Source: an uncultured delta proteobacterium (GTDB lineage: Bacteria; Myxococcota_A; Polyangia; Polyangiales; Houyiibacteriaceae). Taken from it: DNA of 64,000 nucleotides. A program made the translations under genes and the position numbers. Shown in pieces: positions 39,333 to 49,705 of this stretch (its first letter is position 1; each line of letters starts with the position of its first letter). The stretch covers positions 1 through 64,000 of the forward strand of contig CAVOVB010000007.1 of assembly GCA_963699755.1 (NCBI GenBank), written 5' to 3'. Below the pieces are notes generated by a model. That model did not search any database. It saw only the letters and a program-made list of their open reading frames with translations, and was not told the origin of the DNA.

Positions 39333-39935
39333 ATGCCGCGGAAGAAGAGCTACGACCGGGAGGCCCTAATCGGGAAAGCGATGGAGCTTTTCCGCGACCA
39401 CGGCTACGCAGGCACCTCGGCGGAAATGCTGGTCGAGGCGCTCGGAGTGAACCGGTACAGCCTCTACGCCGAGTTCGGGAGCAAGCAAGGCCTCTTCGAT
39501 GCCGCGCTCAAGCGCTACGACGACGAGGTTCTCGAACGGAACTTCGGCCCATTGGAAGCACCGGGAGCGGGCATCGCCGAGGTCAGAGCCTTGCTCGAAT
39601 TCTTTGGTGCGGCCGCCGGGGGCCCCGCCTCGGGTCGCGGGTGCTTGCTCTGCAACACGGCGGTCGAGCTCGGGCCAGAAGACCCAACCGGCGCCGGATT
39701 CGTTCGGCGCTATTTCAAGCGCTTGTCGGGAGCGTTCGACGCCGCACTGCGCAACGCCCGCGTGCGAGGCGACCTGCGTCCCGACGTAGACCCCCGCGCC
39801 GAGGCAAGCTTCTTTACGGCTTCAGTCCTTGGCTTGTTCGTCATGCTGAGGGCAAAGGCGCCACGCCGTGTGATCGAGAGCGCGGCCCAGATGGCGATTG
39901 CGCATCTGGAAGGGCTTCGTGTGAGCACCTGGTAG
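39333..39935 (+). CDS. TetR-family regulator
   Basis: MPRKKSYD, LGVNRYSLYAEFGSK, GCLLCN. Confidence 0.9.
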   Translation: MPRKKSYDREALIGKAMELFRDHGYAGTSAEMLVEALGVNRYSLYAEFGSKQGLFDAALKRYDDEVLERNFGPLEAPGAGIAEVRALLEFFGAAAGGPASGRGCLLCNTAVELGPEDPTGAGFVRRYFKRLSGAFDAALRNARVRGDLRPDVDPRAEASFFTASVLGLFVMLRAKAPRRVIESAAQMAIAHLEGLRVSTW

Positions 39936-40307
39936 AGTCCCCCGACTGCAACGACAACCCCCCGTGAACCGCAAGGTTTCGGGACGCTAGCGGCGATACG
40001 CGGCGTCACAGAACGTCAGGAAACGACGGCTACACCGTCCTGATGACACCAAGCGTGACACCGCAGCTATTGCTCCGACGAACCGACGCGCGTGCGCCTA
40101 CGGCTGCAGCTCGAGCGCACCGACGTCGCACGCGCACAGTAGTCATTACTTCGTCTGGCCTACGACAGTGGGATACCGGTCGTCGAGGTCGTCGCGTGAC
40201 GAGATCTGTTCGGTGATTCCGGTCTCCAACGAATAGGCCCTAATCACGCCACTGTCAGCGTAGACGATGTACTTCTCTTAGCCCATCGGAATCAAGAGAA
40301 GCGCCGA

Positions 40308-43150
40308 TGTCAAAACCAGGCGTTGGTGTCCGGTGGTTGTGCCGGCGGTCTCAAGCGGTGGACGCAACAGCGTTGAATATCTCGCACGGTTTCATCCATT
40401 GAAGGGTTTGTCGAGGCCGCGCATTGAGCTCCCTTGCGACAGCGTTCAACTCGGTCTGAGTGTGTCGACTCAGATCAGTGGATTTTGGAAAATACTGTCG
40501 TAGCAAACCGTTTGTGTTTTCGTTGCTCCCTCGCTGCCATGGCGCATGCGGGTCGCAGAAGAAGACGCTGACGTTTGTGGCCACCGTGAATTGCGCATGC
40601 CCGGCCATCTCTTTGCCTTGATCCCACGTGAGGGTTTTTCGTAGTTGCGGGGGCAGCTGAATCACCTCACGTGTGAGGGCGCAACGCACCTGCTCGGCAC
40701 GACGCCCATCGGGTAGGCGCACGAGCAGGAGATAACGACTTGTCCGTTCGACCAGCGTCGCGATGGCAGACTTTCCGCCTTTGCCAATGATCAAATCGCC
40801 TTCCCAATGGCCTGGGACGGCACGGTCCTCGGCTTCGGGCGGACGGTCGCTGATCATCACCATGTCGGGCAATTGACCTTGCCGCTCGGTTCGTCGATGA
40901 GGACGCCGTCGAGCACGGCCCGTTCGTAAGCACGTGGTGAGTTCCTTGCGTAACGCGCCTCTGGCTTGGATAAACAGGGATTGATAGATCGTTTCGTGAG
41001 AGATGCGCATGCTGAGGTCCTCGGGATAGTCCAGGACGAGCCGTGCGACTATCTGCTGCGGCGACCAGCGTTGTTCGAGTCGCCTTTCCACCTCTTTTCG
41101 GAGCCTTGGATGGGCTGTGAGCTTGCCCGCCCTGGGACGAAGATTTCGACGTGCGGCGCTTTGCTCCGCAGACCAGGCACGATACGTCGTGCGGCTTCCA
41201 TTCCCAGCGACCTCTCTCGATATGGTCGACGGCGCACGACCAAGGTGGCTCGCTATCTGCCGAAACGAGTCTCCGGCAACCAATCGTCGAGAGATCTCCT
41301 CCCGCTCGGCACACGACAGCCGATGCGGGGAGCGAGGTCGAGGCCTGCGACGGCGTTTAGCCTTGCGACCTCGAGCGAGCAGTCTCTGTATCGACTTTGT
41401 TGAACATCCAATGGCCGCGGCCGCTCTTTCGTACGATTCGCCGGCCCCAAGACGACAGAGTACTTCTTCGTGCTCCGCTCCCGTTAGACGAATGCCTCGT
41501 TTCACTTCTCGACGCTTCATCGCTCAGCCTCCTTGGTGCGATTTTGGCTATCACACCGTCATGGCTGTTGCGTCGATGGCTTGAGACCGCCGCCAGTTAG
41601 AAATGTCCGGCACCGAATGGGGACCATGGGGCAGGGAGCCTGCAGCGGACAGGGCGGCGAGCGGCCTGGAGAACCTGGTGAATCGCGGGGAACGTCACCG
41701 TGGGGCAAGACGGCAGATGGCTTGAGAAGGCGTCGGCAGGCATCGCGCAGGGTCGCCGTTCTAAGGACCTGGAGGCGGCAACCGGTCGGCGAAGCGGTCG
41801 CGGACGATGCGCTTTTCACGCTTGGTCTTGGCGGACCGGACGAGCTCTTGCTCCTCTTGTTGTTGCTGCTTGCGAATCTCGGTGAGCGCACCGCTCAAGA
41901 GCTTGTTCTCGACAATCGATCCCTGGGTCACGCAGCCGTCCTTGTGAAAGGGGCGAGCAGCAAGCGGGACGCCGCGGTATCGAATCGATACGCCGCCATC
42001 CTCGTACTCGACGACGGTGACGCACTTCTTGGCCGCGGCTTTGGCCTCCGGGGTCGGCTCGAGCAGGTACATCGTACGCTTGTGGTGCACGGTGAGCTGA
42101 GCCGTCACGCGCCGCTCTTCTTGCCACGTAAAGATGTCGTCGAGACGGTCGCGCTCGAGCAAGGGTCGGTGCGCATCGTGGTTGTTTCGGGCCGGCCGAG
42201 CGAAGCGCCGATTGTAGTCCTCGATGAACTCGGGCAAGTACCGATTGGCGTCGTCCATGGTGCAGATACCCCGCAGCTGAAGCTCCTTGACGAGCCGGTC
42301 TTGAAGCGTTTGATGCGCACGCTCGACCCGGCCTTTGGCGGCTGGGGTATTGGCGCAGATGACGTCGATATTGAGGTCGCTCATGGCGCGGCCAAACTGC
42401 GTGAAGCCGTCGCCGGCCTTGGGGGCCTTGGCATTGACGCGGAACACCGCGGCTTTGTCGCTGTACAACGCCACCGGTTTTCCGTGGCGCTCGAGATAAT
42501 TTCGAGTTGCCTCGAAGTAGCTGAACGCCGATTCCGATTCACACATGTGCAGCTCCATGAGCATGCCGGTGGCGTCGTCCACGTAGACGAGCAGCACGGC
42601 ACGAGGACCACGGTCTTCAAACCAGGGATGGTCGCAACCGTCGATCTGAATGAGCTCGCCGTAGCAATCCCGTCGATGCCGCGGCTGCTGGACACGTTTC
42701 TTTCGCTCGGCGCGGGTCATCCACAGACCTTCGTCGATCATCCATTGGCGCACCGTTTCGACCGACATCGGGAAACCGTGAAGCTCCGTGAGCTTCTCGT
42801 GCGCCAACGTGGGTCCGAAATCCGAGTAGTGGCGTCGGATCATCCCGAGCGCCGTCCCTCGAATCACGTCGTCGTAGCGATTGTTTCCTGGGCTGCCGCG
42901 CTTCTTGGAAGCCAGACCGGCGGCACCGTCGCGCTTGTAGGACGCGTAGAGCCGCTCGATCTGCCGGACGCTTAGCTGCAGGGTCAATGCCGCTTGTCGC
43001 TGCGTCATGCGACGCTCGGCGATTTGCCGCATCACTTCGGCACGCTCGATCTCGCGCCGGCTCATGAGAACGAGCTCCGTATCCATGGGTGGGGTCTGAA
43101 CCCGACATTTGAATCTGGCACAGACCCGACATTTCTATATTGGCCCTACA
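40308..43150 (-). mobile_element. IS1202-family (ISNCY-type) element, transposase 41761-43086, with IS30 inserted in its right end
   Basis: TGT...ACA ends with repeated AAATGTC motifs; GELIQIDG, VYVDDAT, LYSDK, AKGRVERAHQTLQDRL. Confidence 0.85.
40344..41591 (-). mobile_element. IS30-family element, copy 2 (transposase 40351-41520)
   Basis: Same 1248-bp length and identical protein to copy 1; 3-bp DR GCC. Confidence 0.95.
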
Positions 43151-43216
43151 GCTCAACTGCGCAGAACTAATCGTTATGTCGCGTGGCTGGCGGAGCAGAC
43201 AGCGCGTTTGTTCTTG

Positions 43217-43777
43217 CTAGGCTCCGAGCTCGGTCGGCATCTCGATGCGGAGCTCGACCACGTCAGGCCAAGCGGCGTTGTCGGGATCGAAGTAGTGCGT
43301 GGGTCGCTTCACCTTCAGCACTCGGGTTCCGATGTCTCGAGGCACGGTGTGCGCTCCGGGCCAGTCCTTGGCGTAGCGAACTGCCCCCGCTTCGACGGGG
43401 TTACGGATGAGGTAGGCGAGTGCTTCAATCGTGGCCTCGGGGGTCAGAAGAGCATGCTGCCCCGTGCTCCGCTTGTCGAATACCTCACCGGGCCACCCGC
43501 GAAGGGCCTTGGTCGTCAGGGCCAACAGCCGGTGAAACTCCTGCAGAAACCGCGGCAGTACTCCGCGCACGTCGGTTACCACTTCGTGCGAATGGGTGCT
43601 CATCAAGCAGCCCGAGTGCACGAGCACGTCGAAGCGCTGCGCGGCGAGGCCAAGGCAGTACCAGTAGCACTGCTCGAGCTCGCGAGCTTGGTCGGGATTG
43701 AGGAGGAAGTAGCGCCGGGTGGTACGCCGTGAGAGGGCCCAGGTCGTGCCCCGCTCGATGATGCGTTGTCGCGTCAT
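43217..43777 (-). pseudogene. RAYT-like Y1 HUH transposase, probably 3'-truncated at R7
   Basis: SRRTTRRYFLL, CLMSTHSHEV, YLIRNPVEAG..WPG; its stop codon lies in the repeat end. Confidence 0.75.
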
Positions 43778-43983
43778 AGCTGCAGGGGGAGCGAAAACCG
43801 TGCCCACAAGCACCGTCACGTTTCCGGGAAGAATTGCCCGATGAGAACACCAACCGCTGGCGGCCCGCCACGATTCGCCGGCGCCCGCAGCTCACGACAA
43901 TACAATGGAATCACCCGAACCTTGCTGCGCTTAGGGCAACGTCGGTCGGATCTTCATCCGGTTGTGCAGCTCGCGTGGCCAGT

Positions 43984-45999
43984 TCATGGACGTGTCACCT
44001 CGAAGATCGGGCTCTCTGCCGTAAAGAGGCGCGTTTCAGCGCTCGCTTCGGAGCGCTCACTCCCATGAAAGAGGACTCGGTAGGTCCCGATCTCCGTCGA
44101 CGGTCGAATCTCCCAGATGACGAGCACCGTAAACGCTTCGGTCGATGTTGGCGGCGGCGGCGCGAACGGATTGAATGGATCGAGAGGTGGGAAGACGCGG
44201 CTTGCTTGGGTCCATCTTGCGCGGGCGAACCAATCGTTCTCCGTGGCGATCGTGCGCCACTCGTCGCCATCGCGCCTCTGAATCTCAATGTACGTCTTGC
44301 GGAGGGCGTTGCCGGGATGGCCGGTCCAAAAAGAGACTGACACCGTGTCACCCTGGGCGTACGAAGCCTGCGGTGCGTCGACGATGTCGCCGAACGATGC
44401 GCCGGCAGGCGGCGCGTCAAAGTCGTTGCCGAGAACCCCCGATGAAACCATTCCGCGAAGGTCGCCTTGGTCAGCCCCATCCGTGACCGCGGTATCCGAC
44501 GCGAGCGCGCGCGACACACGGTCGATTTCCTGCTGATAGGCGGGGAGGGTCCATCTCCCGAAGATCGTATGGCCCCCCTCATACTGCTGGGTATCGTATT
44601 CCTCCGGGGTCGTGATGTACCCCGTGTAGTCGTTCGAGTATGCCGCGATCACAGCGTGCTTGCTTCGGTCACCAAGAACGGCCCGCACGGTGTCGCGCAT
44701 TCGACGGCCCGCCATCGTGGTGATCTCTCCGGGCAAGAACACCAGCGCTAGCTGCCCGATCGTGGCTACGCCGATCGGCGCCGGATCCCGCGATCCCGTG
44801 AACAAGATGGGCTTCGGGGAGTGACACGCGAGCAACGCGTCGCTTGGCGGTGGCGTGCCGAGTGCCGCCTGCACCAACGCGTCGATCCACTCGTCCTGCT
44901 CGACCATGCCCTCCGTGAAAAACGGGTTCCCGCCCCCGTCTTCAGTGGACCCCGCACCGAACGCGTATCCCTGGGCCGCGGGACAAGTCCGCTGAGGGCC
45001 TTCGCCCGTGAAGGCGTCGGAAACCTCGACATCCTCCATATCGACGGCCGTCAGCCGAACATCGATCGGCCCCGAGAGCGGCTCAGAGACGGAGTCGAAG
45101 AGCGCCATCGCCGCGTCGAGCTGCCTCTCTCCGATGATGCGAGCGCTGTCTAGATCATCGGTTCCGGGCCCCGTGTTGTCGAGATTCAAGTTGGATGTCA
45201 CGTCACCGCAGTTGGCGTTGGCGAACGCGGCAACAAACGGTGTTTCCGAACTTTGGGCTAGCCGCCGCTCCATTTCGAGCGCCGCAAACGCTTTGTGATC
45301 GCCCGACACGAACTTGTTGTTGTATGTGAGCGAGGTCGGGTGCACCGCGAACCAGTTGAGCACGCTGACTGCACCGTCCTCCTGGACGAGCTTGAGCAGC
45401 GTCATGTTGCGGTCGGTGTCGTGCTGGTAGCGGGCGCGTTCTTCCTCAGGGTTCTGCATGTAGGCGGGCAGCGAGCGCTGCGCCCCAGCCCCCTCGACTT
45501 CCTGCTCACCGATGAGAATGTGTCCGGGCTTGAGGTTCTGATGTGCCCGATCGATGGCTTCGGTGACCCCCGACACCACCGTGTCAAAGAACTCTTCGCT
45601 AAAGCCGCTTCCGTGCGAATACCCGCCCGGGGCTGAATGCGTGTGCGTCGCGCTCACGATGACGTTGTCGAGCGAATACAGGTCCCCATACTTCGCGCGA
45701 AGGTTGTCCACCACGGACAGCCGAACTTCATGCGAAGAACCCAGCAGCTCGGTGACGACGAACACGAGCCTCCGACTCTGGTCGAGCTCCCCGAAGATGA
45801 ACGCGCGCGCGGTGAGCCGCGTTTGAATCCCGTTGGCAATTTGCGTAGAGCGGACGAAGCCCGATAACTGGAGATCGACGATTGGACCTGTGATGTCCGC
45901 GGCGCCGCTACCGATCAAATAGTTGTCAGCTGGTCCAGACTCGCTCGAGCAGCCCGCCACCGAGAACATGGCCAAGAGCGCCCCCAACGAGAGATACAT
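43984..45999 (-). CDS. Neutral/alkaline ceramidase, lipoprotein
   Basis: ADITGP, ATHTHSAPGG, WFAVHPTS, GDVTSN, PGEITTMAGRR, YEGGHTIFG. Confidence 0.9.
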   Translation of the reverse strand: MYLSLGALLAMFSVAGCSSESGPADNYLIGSGAADITGPIVDLQLSGFVRSTQIANGIQTRLTARAFIFGELDQSRRLVFVVTELLGSSHEVRLSVVDNLRAKYGDLYSLDNVIVSATHTHSAPGGYSHGSGFSEEFFDTVVSGVTEAIDRAHQNLKPGHILIGEQEVEGAGAQRSLPAYMQNPEEERARYQHDTDRNMTLLKLVQEDGAVSVLNWFAVHPTSLTYNNKFVSGDHKAFAALEMERRLAQSSETPFVAAFANANCGDVTSNLNLDNTGPGTDDLDSARIIGERQLDAAMALFDSVSEPLSGPIDVRLTAVDMEDVEVSDAFTGEGPQRTCPAAQGYAFGAGSTEDGGGNPFFTEGMVEQDEWIDALVQAALGTPPPSDALLACHSPKPILFTGSRDPAPIGVATIGQLALVFLPGEITTMAGRRMRDTVRAVLGDRSKHAVIAAYSNDYTGYITTPEEYDTQQYEGGHTIFGRWTLPAYQQEIDRVSRALASDTAVTDGADQGDLRGMVSSGVLGNDFDAPPAGASFGDIVDAPQASYAQGDTVSVSFWTGHPGNALRKTYIEIQRRDGDEWRTIATENDWFARARWTQASRVFPPLDPFNPFAPPPPTSTEAFTVLVIWEIRPSTEIGTYRVLFHGSERSEASAETRLFTAESPIFEVTRP

Positions 46000-46270
46000 C
46001 AACAACTCATTGCCGGACTCCGATGGGGCGCGGCGACAGTGAAGGATTCGTTCCATGCCAGCCTCATGTAACACGGGCCTGGCCGAGCCTACCAGGCGCG
46101 AAACGGATAGGCGCGAAGCAGCCAAGTCGGTCGCACGAACCCGACCCAGGGCCCAGGCTCCCCCTCACGAGGGTGGGAATCGAGATATGAATGACCTGTC
46201 ATGATCGGCTCCTCTTCCAATGTCTCGATTAAAGGATCCGGTACCGGCGGCGAAATGTCAGTCGCTCATC

Positions 46271-46372
46271 GCTCTCTTAGCCCATCGGGCTCACGTTGAG
46301 AGCTCAATTGCGCAGAACTAGCTCGTCATGTCGACTTGCAGCGCACTTCGTTTCGCTTTTGGAGCGCCGAAC
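46271..46372 (+). repeat. dif-like repeat R8 (7-nt spacer)
   Basis: GCTCTCTTAGCCCATCGGGCT..TTGCGCAGAAC TAGCTCG TCATGTCGACT (46308-46336)..GCTTTTGGAGCGCCGAAC. Confidence 0.82.
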
Positions 46373-46399
46373 TGCATTTCCACTCCATCTCGCTGAATC

Positions 46400-47647
46400 T
46401 CACAACTCCCTTTCCTCGCTGGACCGGTCGCGTTCCCGCTTTCGTCGATGTAGAAGGGGAATCGCGCGAGCGTCGCGCTCGGCGGCGCGGCTGGCGAAGA
46501 AATGGCGCCAGGTGCCTGGATGCCAGGTCTTTTGAATCGCCGAGCGTTGGATCGCGAGCTTTCGCTTGAGGGCTCGGGTTTCGATGGTTTGTTGAAACGC
46601 GAGTTGTCGTCGGAGCTGTTTTCGGTCGCGCCCGGCCACGGGTAGTGCGGCGATGACGCTCCGCTGAAGGTGATACTTTCGCTTGAGCTGTTCCCGCCCG
46701 CGAAAGGCAGAGTTGCGATAGCTGCTCCATGCCTCCAGGCGCTGCGTGCGCGCTCGCTCGAGGCTCTGTTCGTACTCCTTCCACAGGCTCTGGGGCGCCC
46801 GAGCCGGCATCGGCGAGTACCGATGGGGCGCTTGGTGTGCGACTTCCCGCTGTCGTTCCGATGCCGGCTGGAACGCTCCGAGCCGTTTGCAGAGCTGCGC
46901 CTTGCTCAACTCTCGAGCCACAAACGAGGCCATCACACGAACGCCGCGCTCTGCATCCTCGAATACCAGCCCGTTGCCGTGTGGCCGAATCGCGACGCCG
47001 TAACGGCCACAGATGGCGTGAACGTCTTCCCAGCTTCGTAGCTCGGTTGTCTCCAAAGCAGGCCGAAGCTTTTCTCGGGCCCAGCGCGCGAAGCTGTCGA
47101 CACCATGGTGGGCTTCGCAATCTGCGGCTCGTTGCGGGACCCTCTCGCGCTCGCGCGCCCTCGACCGAAGGGGCGTCAGGCCGAGCTCCCGCTCGAGGGC
47201 CCGAGCCCCGGTGAAGAGCTCTTGGTGGTCCCAGGCAGGCGAGTGAATCCGAAAGGTCTCTGGATGGATCTTGTTGATCGCGACGTGGATGTGCTCGTGA
47301 TCGGTGTCGCTGTGACGCGCTGCGATGTACTGGTGTTCGGAGAACCCCAGCGTATCCACGAGCCTTTCCACAATCTGCTGAAGCTCTTTTCGTTCGAGGC
47401 TCCGATCATCGGGGTGAAGTGAGATGAGCAAGTGATACGTGCGCTTGCTTCCGGCGCGGGTGTTCTGCGCTTGGATGGCGTCGACGAGCTTGCAGGCGAG
47501 CTCGAGGTCGTCGCGCCCGGTGACGCCGGGAAGGTTCGCTGAGAGGAACCACGTGGCGCGTGGCTCAGCCTCTCGCCCCCGGATGTAGCGCGCCAGGTGC
47601 CGGAACCCGCGGTTCGACATTGATTCCCTTTGATGCCGGACGATCAC
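46400..47647 (-). CDS. MOBP/TraI-like relaxase
   Basis: FRHLARYI, TYHLLISLHP, HQYIAARHSDTDHEHIHVAINKIHP. Confidence 0.9.
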   Translation of the reverse strand: MIVRHQRESMSNRGFRHLARYIRGREAEPRATWFLSANLPGVTGRDDLELACKLVDAIQAQNTRAGSKRTYHLLISLHPDDRSLERKELQQIVERLVDTLGFSEHQYIAARHSDTDHEHIHVAINKIHPETFRIHSPAWDHQELFTGARALERELGLTPLRSRARERERVPQRAADCEAHHGVDSFARWAREKLRPALETTELRSWEDVHAICGRYGVAIRPHGNGLVFEDAERGVRVMASFVARELSKAQLCKRLGAFQPASERQREVAHQAPHRYSPMPARAPQSLWKEYEQSLERARTQRLEAWSSYRNSAFRGREQLKRKYHLQRSVIAALPVAGRDRKQLRRQLAFQQTIETRALKRKLAIQRSAIQKTWHPGTWRHFFASRAAERDARAIPLLHRRKRERDRSSEEREL

Positions 47648-47991
47648 CGCTGCCCTGCCAGACGATTCACCGCGCGGCGGACGTCCATGACCGAATCAAT
47701 CAGCTCGAGGTTCAGTCGATGAGAAGTCGACCGGTCCGAAACGCCGTCACGAGTGGCGAACTTGAGTAGCCCACCGATGCGGCTGAGGTTGGCATGGACC
47801 CGGGAGACTTCTATGAGTGCTTGAGCGTCGATCGTGCTCTTCAAGCGCGCGCCTCGGAGACAGGAGCGGATGACCGCGCCGCGGGAGCAGCTGGTCTGGT
47901 GAGCCAGCGCATCCAGGCGAGCAAGATCATCTTCGTCGATCCGAACCGAGATCACATGGGACTTTGGCTTGCAGGCGCGACTGCCCGTCAC
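47644..47991 (-). CDS. mobC: MobC/TraJ-like ribbon-helix-helix relaxosome protein
   Basis: VISVRIDE..; ANLSRIGGLLK; overlaps the relaxase start. Confidence 0.8.
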   Translation of the reverse strand: MTGSRACKPKSHVISVRIDEDDLARLDALAHQTSCSRGAVIRSCLRGARLKSTIDAQALIEVSRVHANLSRIGGLLKFATRDGVSDRSTSHRLNLELIDSVMDVRRAVNRLAGQR

Positions 47992-48374
47992 TTCGTGGGC
48001 CCCTTCCCTTCGGAGAGGTCGCGGTTGCGTGCCACAGCCTCGGGTGCGCCGGCGGCGTGTGGCTTCGCTGAGAGCGTGAGAGCCAAGCTCGCAAGCTCCA
48101 TCGCCCGACGCACGGAAAACTCAGGTGGTGCGTCTTGCAGACGCTGCGCCAACTGAACGAGCTCGCACTGCAACGTGAGCGCAGCGAACTCCCGCAGTGC
48201 TTCGATCGGAACGTCGTCTCCGTCCGCGGCCCGCAGCACGAGCCCCCGAGCCGCCTTCCGAAGCTCCTCCACTCCTACGATTTGCGAGTGCGCAGCCGGG
48301 ACACCGTGTCCCAAAAGGGTCGTTTGGTGGCTTTTTCCGACGTCTGCTGACCCTTCTTTCTCGAACAAATTCAA
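47988..48374 (-). CDS. Small att-adjacent hypothetical protein
   Basis: Homologous to 7621-7930; coupled to mobC. Confidence 0.6.
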   Translation of the reverse strand: MNLFEKEGSADVGKSHQTTLLGHGVPAAHSQIVGVEELRKAARGLVLRAADGDDVPIEALREFAALTLQCELVQLAQRLQDAPPEFSVRRAMELASLALTLSAKPHAAGAPEAVARNRDLSEGKGPTK

Positions 48375-48400
48375 TGATCCCGAAGGCTCGGTGTCGGCTA

Positions 48401-48451
48401 AGGATCTAGTGAGGTATCACCCGTGGAGGTTCGAGTCCTCTCTTCCGCACC
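48401..48451 (+). other. 3' half of tRNA-Leu (att site, copy 2)
   Basis: Near-identical to 8016-8066. Confidence 0.8.
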
Positions 48452-48511
48452 GAGTCCTCTGTAAACGCTGCGCGCGTATCTACGAGGACATCGAACCGAC
48501 GGTGTACTCGC

Positions 48512-48792
48512 CCCGCTCGGGAAGCTGGGCCACGATGGCGTCCATTTTGTCAGGTATCAGCGTCACCGTCTCGCGCTTCCCCTTCGGATGCGCCGTACCG
48601 GTAGCGCGTCTCGGAATCCTCGGAATCGCTGGTTTGGTGCCCAACAGCTTCTGCTCGAGCATCCAGTCGAACAGTCGATTCAACGCGCTCGGACCACGAT
48701 GAGGACCGGGCAAGACATGGGATCGTATCACATCGAAGATGTCCCCAATCCCCGCATGCCGCGCTCAACGCCTTCGGCTTATTCGCTGCGGG
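48512..48792 (-). pseudogene. Deleted second copy of the integrase region
   Basis: 48512-48690 matches about 8389-8566 and 48691-48792 matches about 9162-9262; joined at a CTC microhomology. Confidence 0.85.
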
Positions 48793-48799
48793 GGCCTAG

Positions 48800-49015
48800 A
48801 CTCCCCGCTGAGCTCGTCGCGCGGCCGACTTGGCCGAGCGTGTTGGTGACGTGTTTGTTCCCGTGCTCGACGAAGCCGGCTACGACGCCAAGGCCGCGCC
48901 CATCTGCGCCAACGCCCTAGTCGGCATGCTCACCTTCGTCGGCACGTGGTGGCCGAGGAACGCAAACCATCTGTCGAAGAAGTCGCCAAACACATCAGCG
49001 CCCTCGCCTCGATGA
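48800..49015 (+). pseudogene. Possible TetR C-terminal fragment
   Basis: AAPICANALVGMLTFVGTWW; no HTH. Confidence 0.4.
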
Positions 49016-49705
49016 GCCTGCGTCACCTTCCCAAGCGACCCGCGTTCGAGACTCGCCCCGACTGATTTCCTTCGCGTACAAGTTCGGCAAGAGCCCGGCA
49101 AGCGTGCTCATCTCTTCGTGGCAGTGCACCGCGAGAGCGCGGCCAAAGGACAGCGGTGTGAGCCGGCGGCGAACCCAAGGCATGTTTGCGACCGCCGCGA
49201 GCGTGGAAAATCGGTTTCTCGATGCAACATGCCCAAGCCAAAAGCGGCTATGGAGCTCGCACCCCCAGCGGCGCGGAAGAGCCAAGTGCACCACGTGCCC
49301 GAAGTCGATCGGTCGATCGAGAAAACCCGCATGCCCACAAACCGCAACTGCGTCGGGCATGCCTGCCAGTGCACTGTGAAAGAAGTCTTCGGGAGACACG
49401 AAGGCGATCCGCAGCTTGTGGAGGCGTCCCCCGATGCACTCATGCACTAAGTGCTTCGCCCCCACGTGAGTTCCTGGTGTCTTGTCCTCCCACTGCATCC
49501 ACACATGGTCGCGCGGATGCCAATGCCTGTAGTGCTCGGTGGTCTGCAAGTACTCACCGAACCACCAGCCAAACATCTTTGGCGATACTTCGGGCATGCG
49601 CGTAAGCACCGCCACGTGAAGAGCTCCGTCGGGCAGCCGCTCGACCCCACTCGAGTAGGGGAGGGTTTCCGGCGCCAGAAGCGTCGAGACCTCTTCGAGC
49701 TTCAT
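48995..49705 (-). CDS. DAPG hydrolase (PhlG)-family protein
   Basis: MPEVSPKMFGWWF, YRHWHPRDH, HLVHECIG, SRFWLG, HCHEEMSTLA. Confidence 0.85.
   Translation of the reverse strand: MKLEEVSTLLAPETLPYSSGVERLPDGALHVAVLTRMPEVSPKMFGWWFGEYLQTTEHYRHWHPRDHVWMQWEDKTPGTHVGAKHLVHECIGGRLHKLRIAFVSPEDFFHSALAGMPDAVAVCGHAGFLDRPIDFGHVVHLALPRRWGCELHSRFWLGHVASRNRFSTLAAVANMPWVRRRLTPLSFGRALAVHCHEEMSTLAGLLPNLYAKEISRGESRTRVAWEGDAGSSRRGR

Larger units (their letters stand above)
40274..43220 (+). repeat. dif-like repeat R7, split into 40274-40307 and 43151-43220 by an IS1202-type element
   Basis: Left TCTCTTAGCCCATCGG..GCGCCGA; right CTGCGCAGAAC TAATCG TTATGTCGCGT (43157-43184)..GCGTTTGTTCTTGCTAG. Confidence 0.85.

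Noticed and set aside
39935..40065. Another att site (TGACACC direct repeats, hairpin)
   Set aside because: Resembles integrase arm sites but has no recognisable tRNA core; insufficient support
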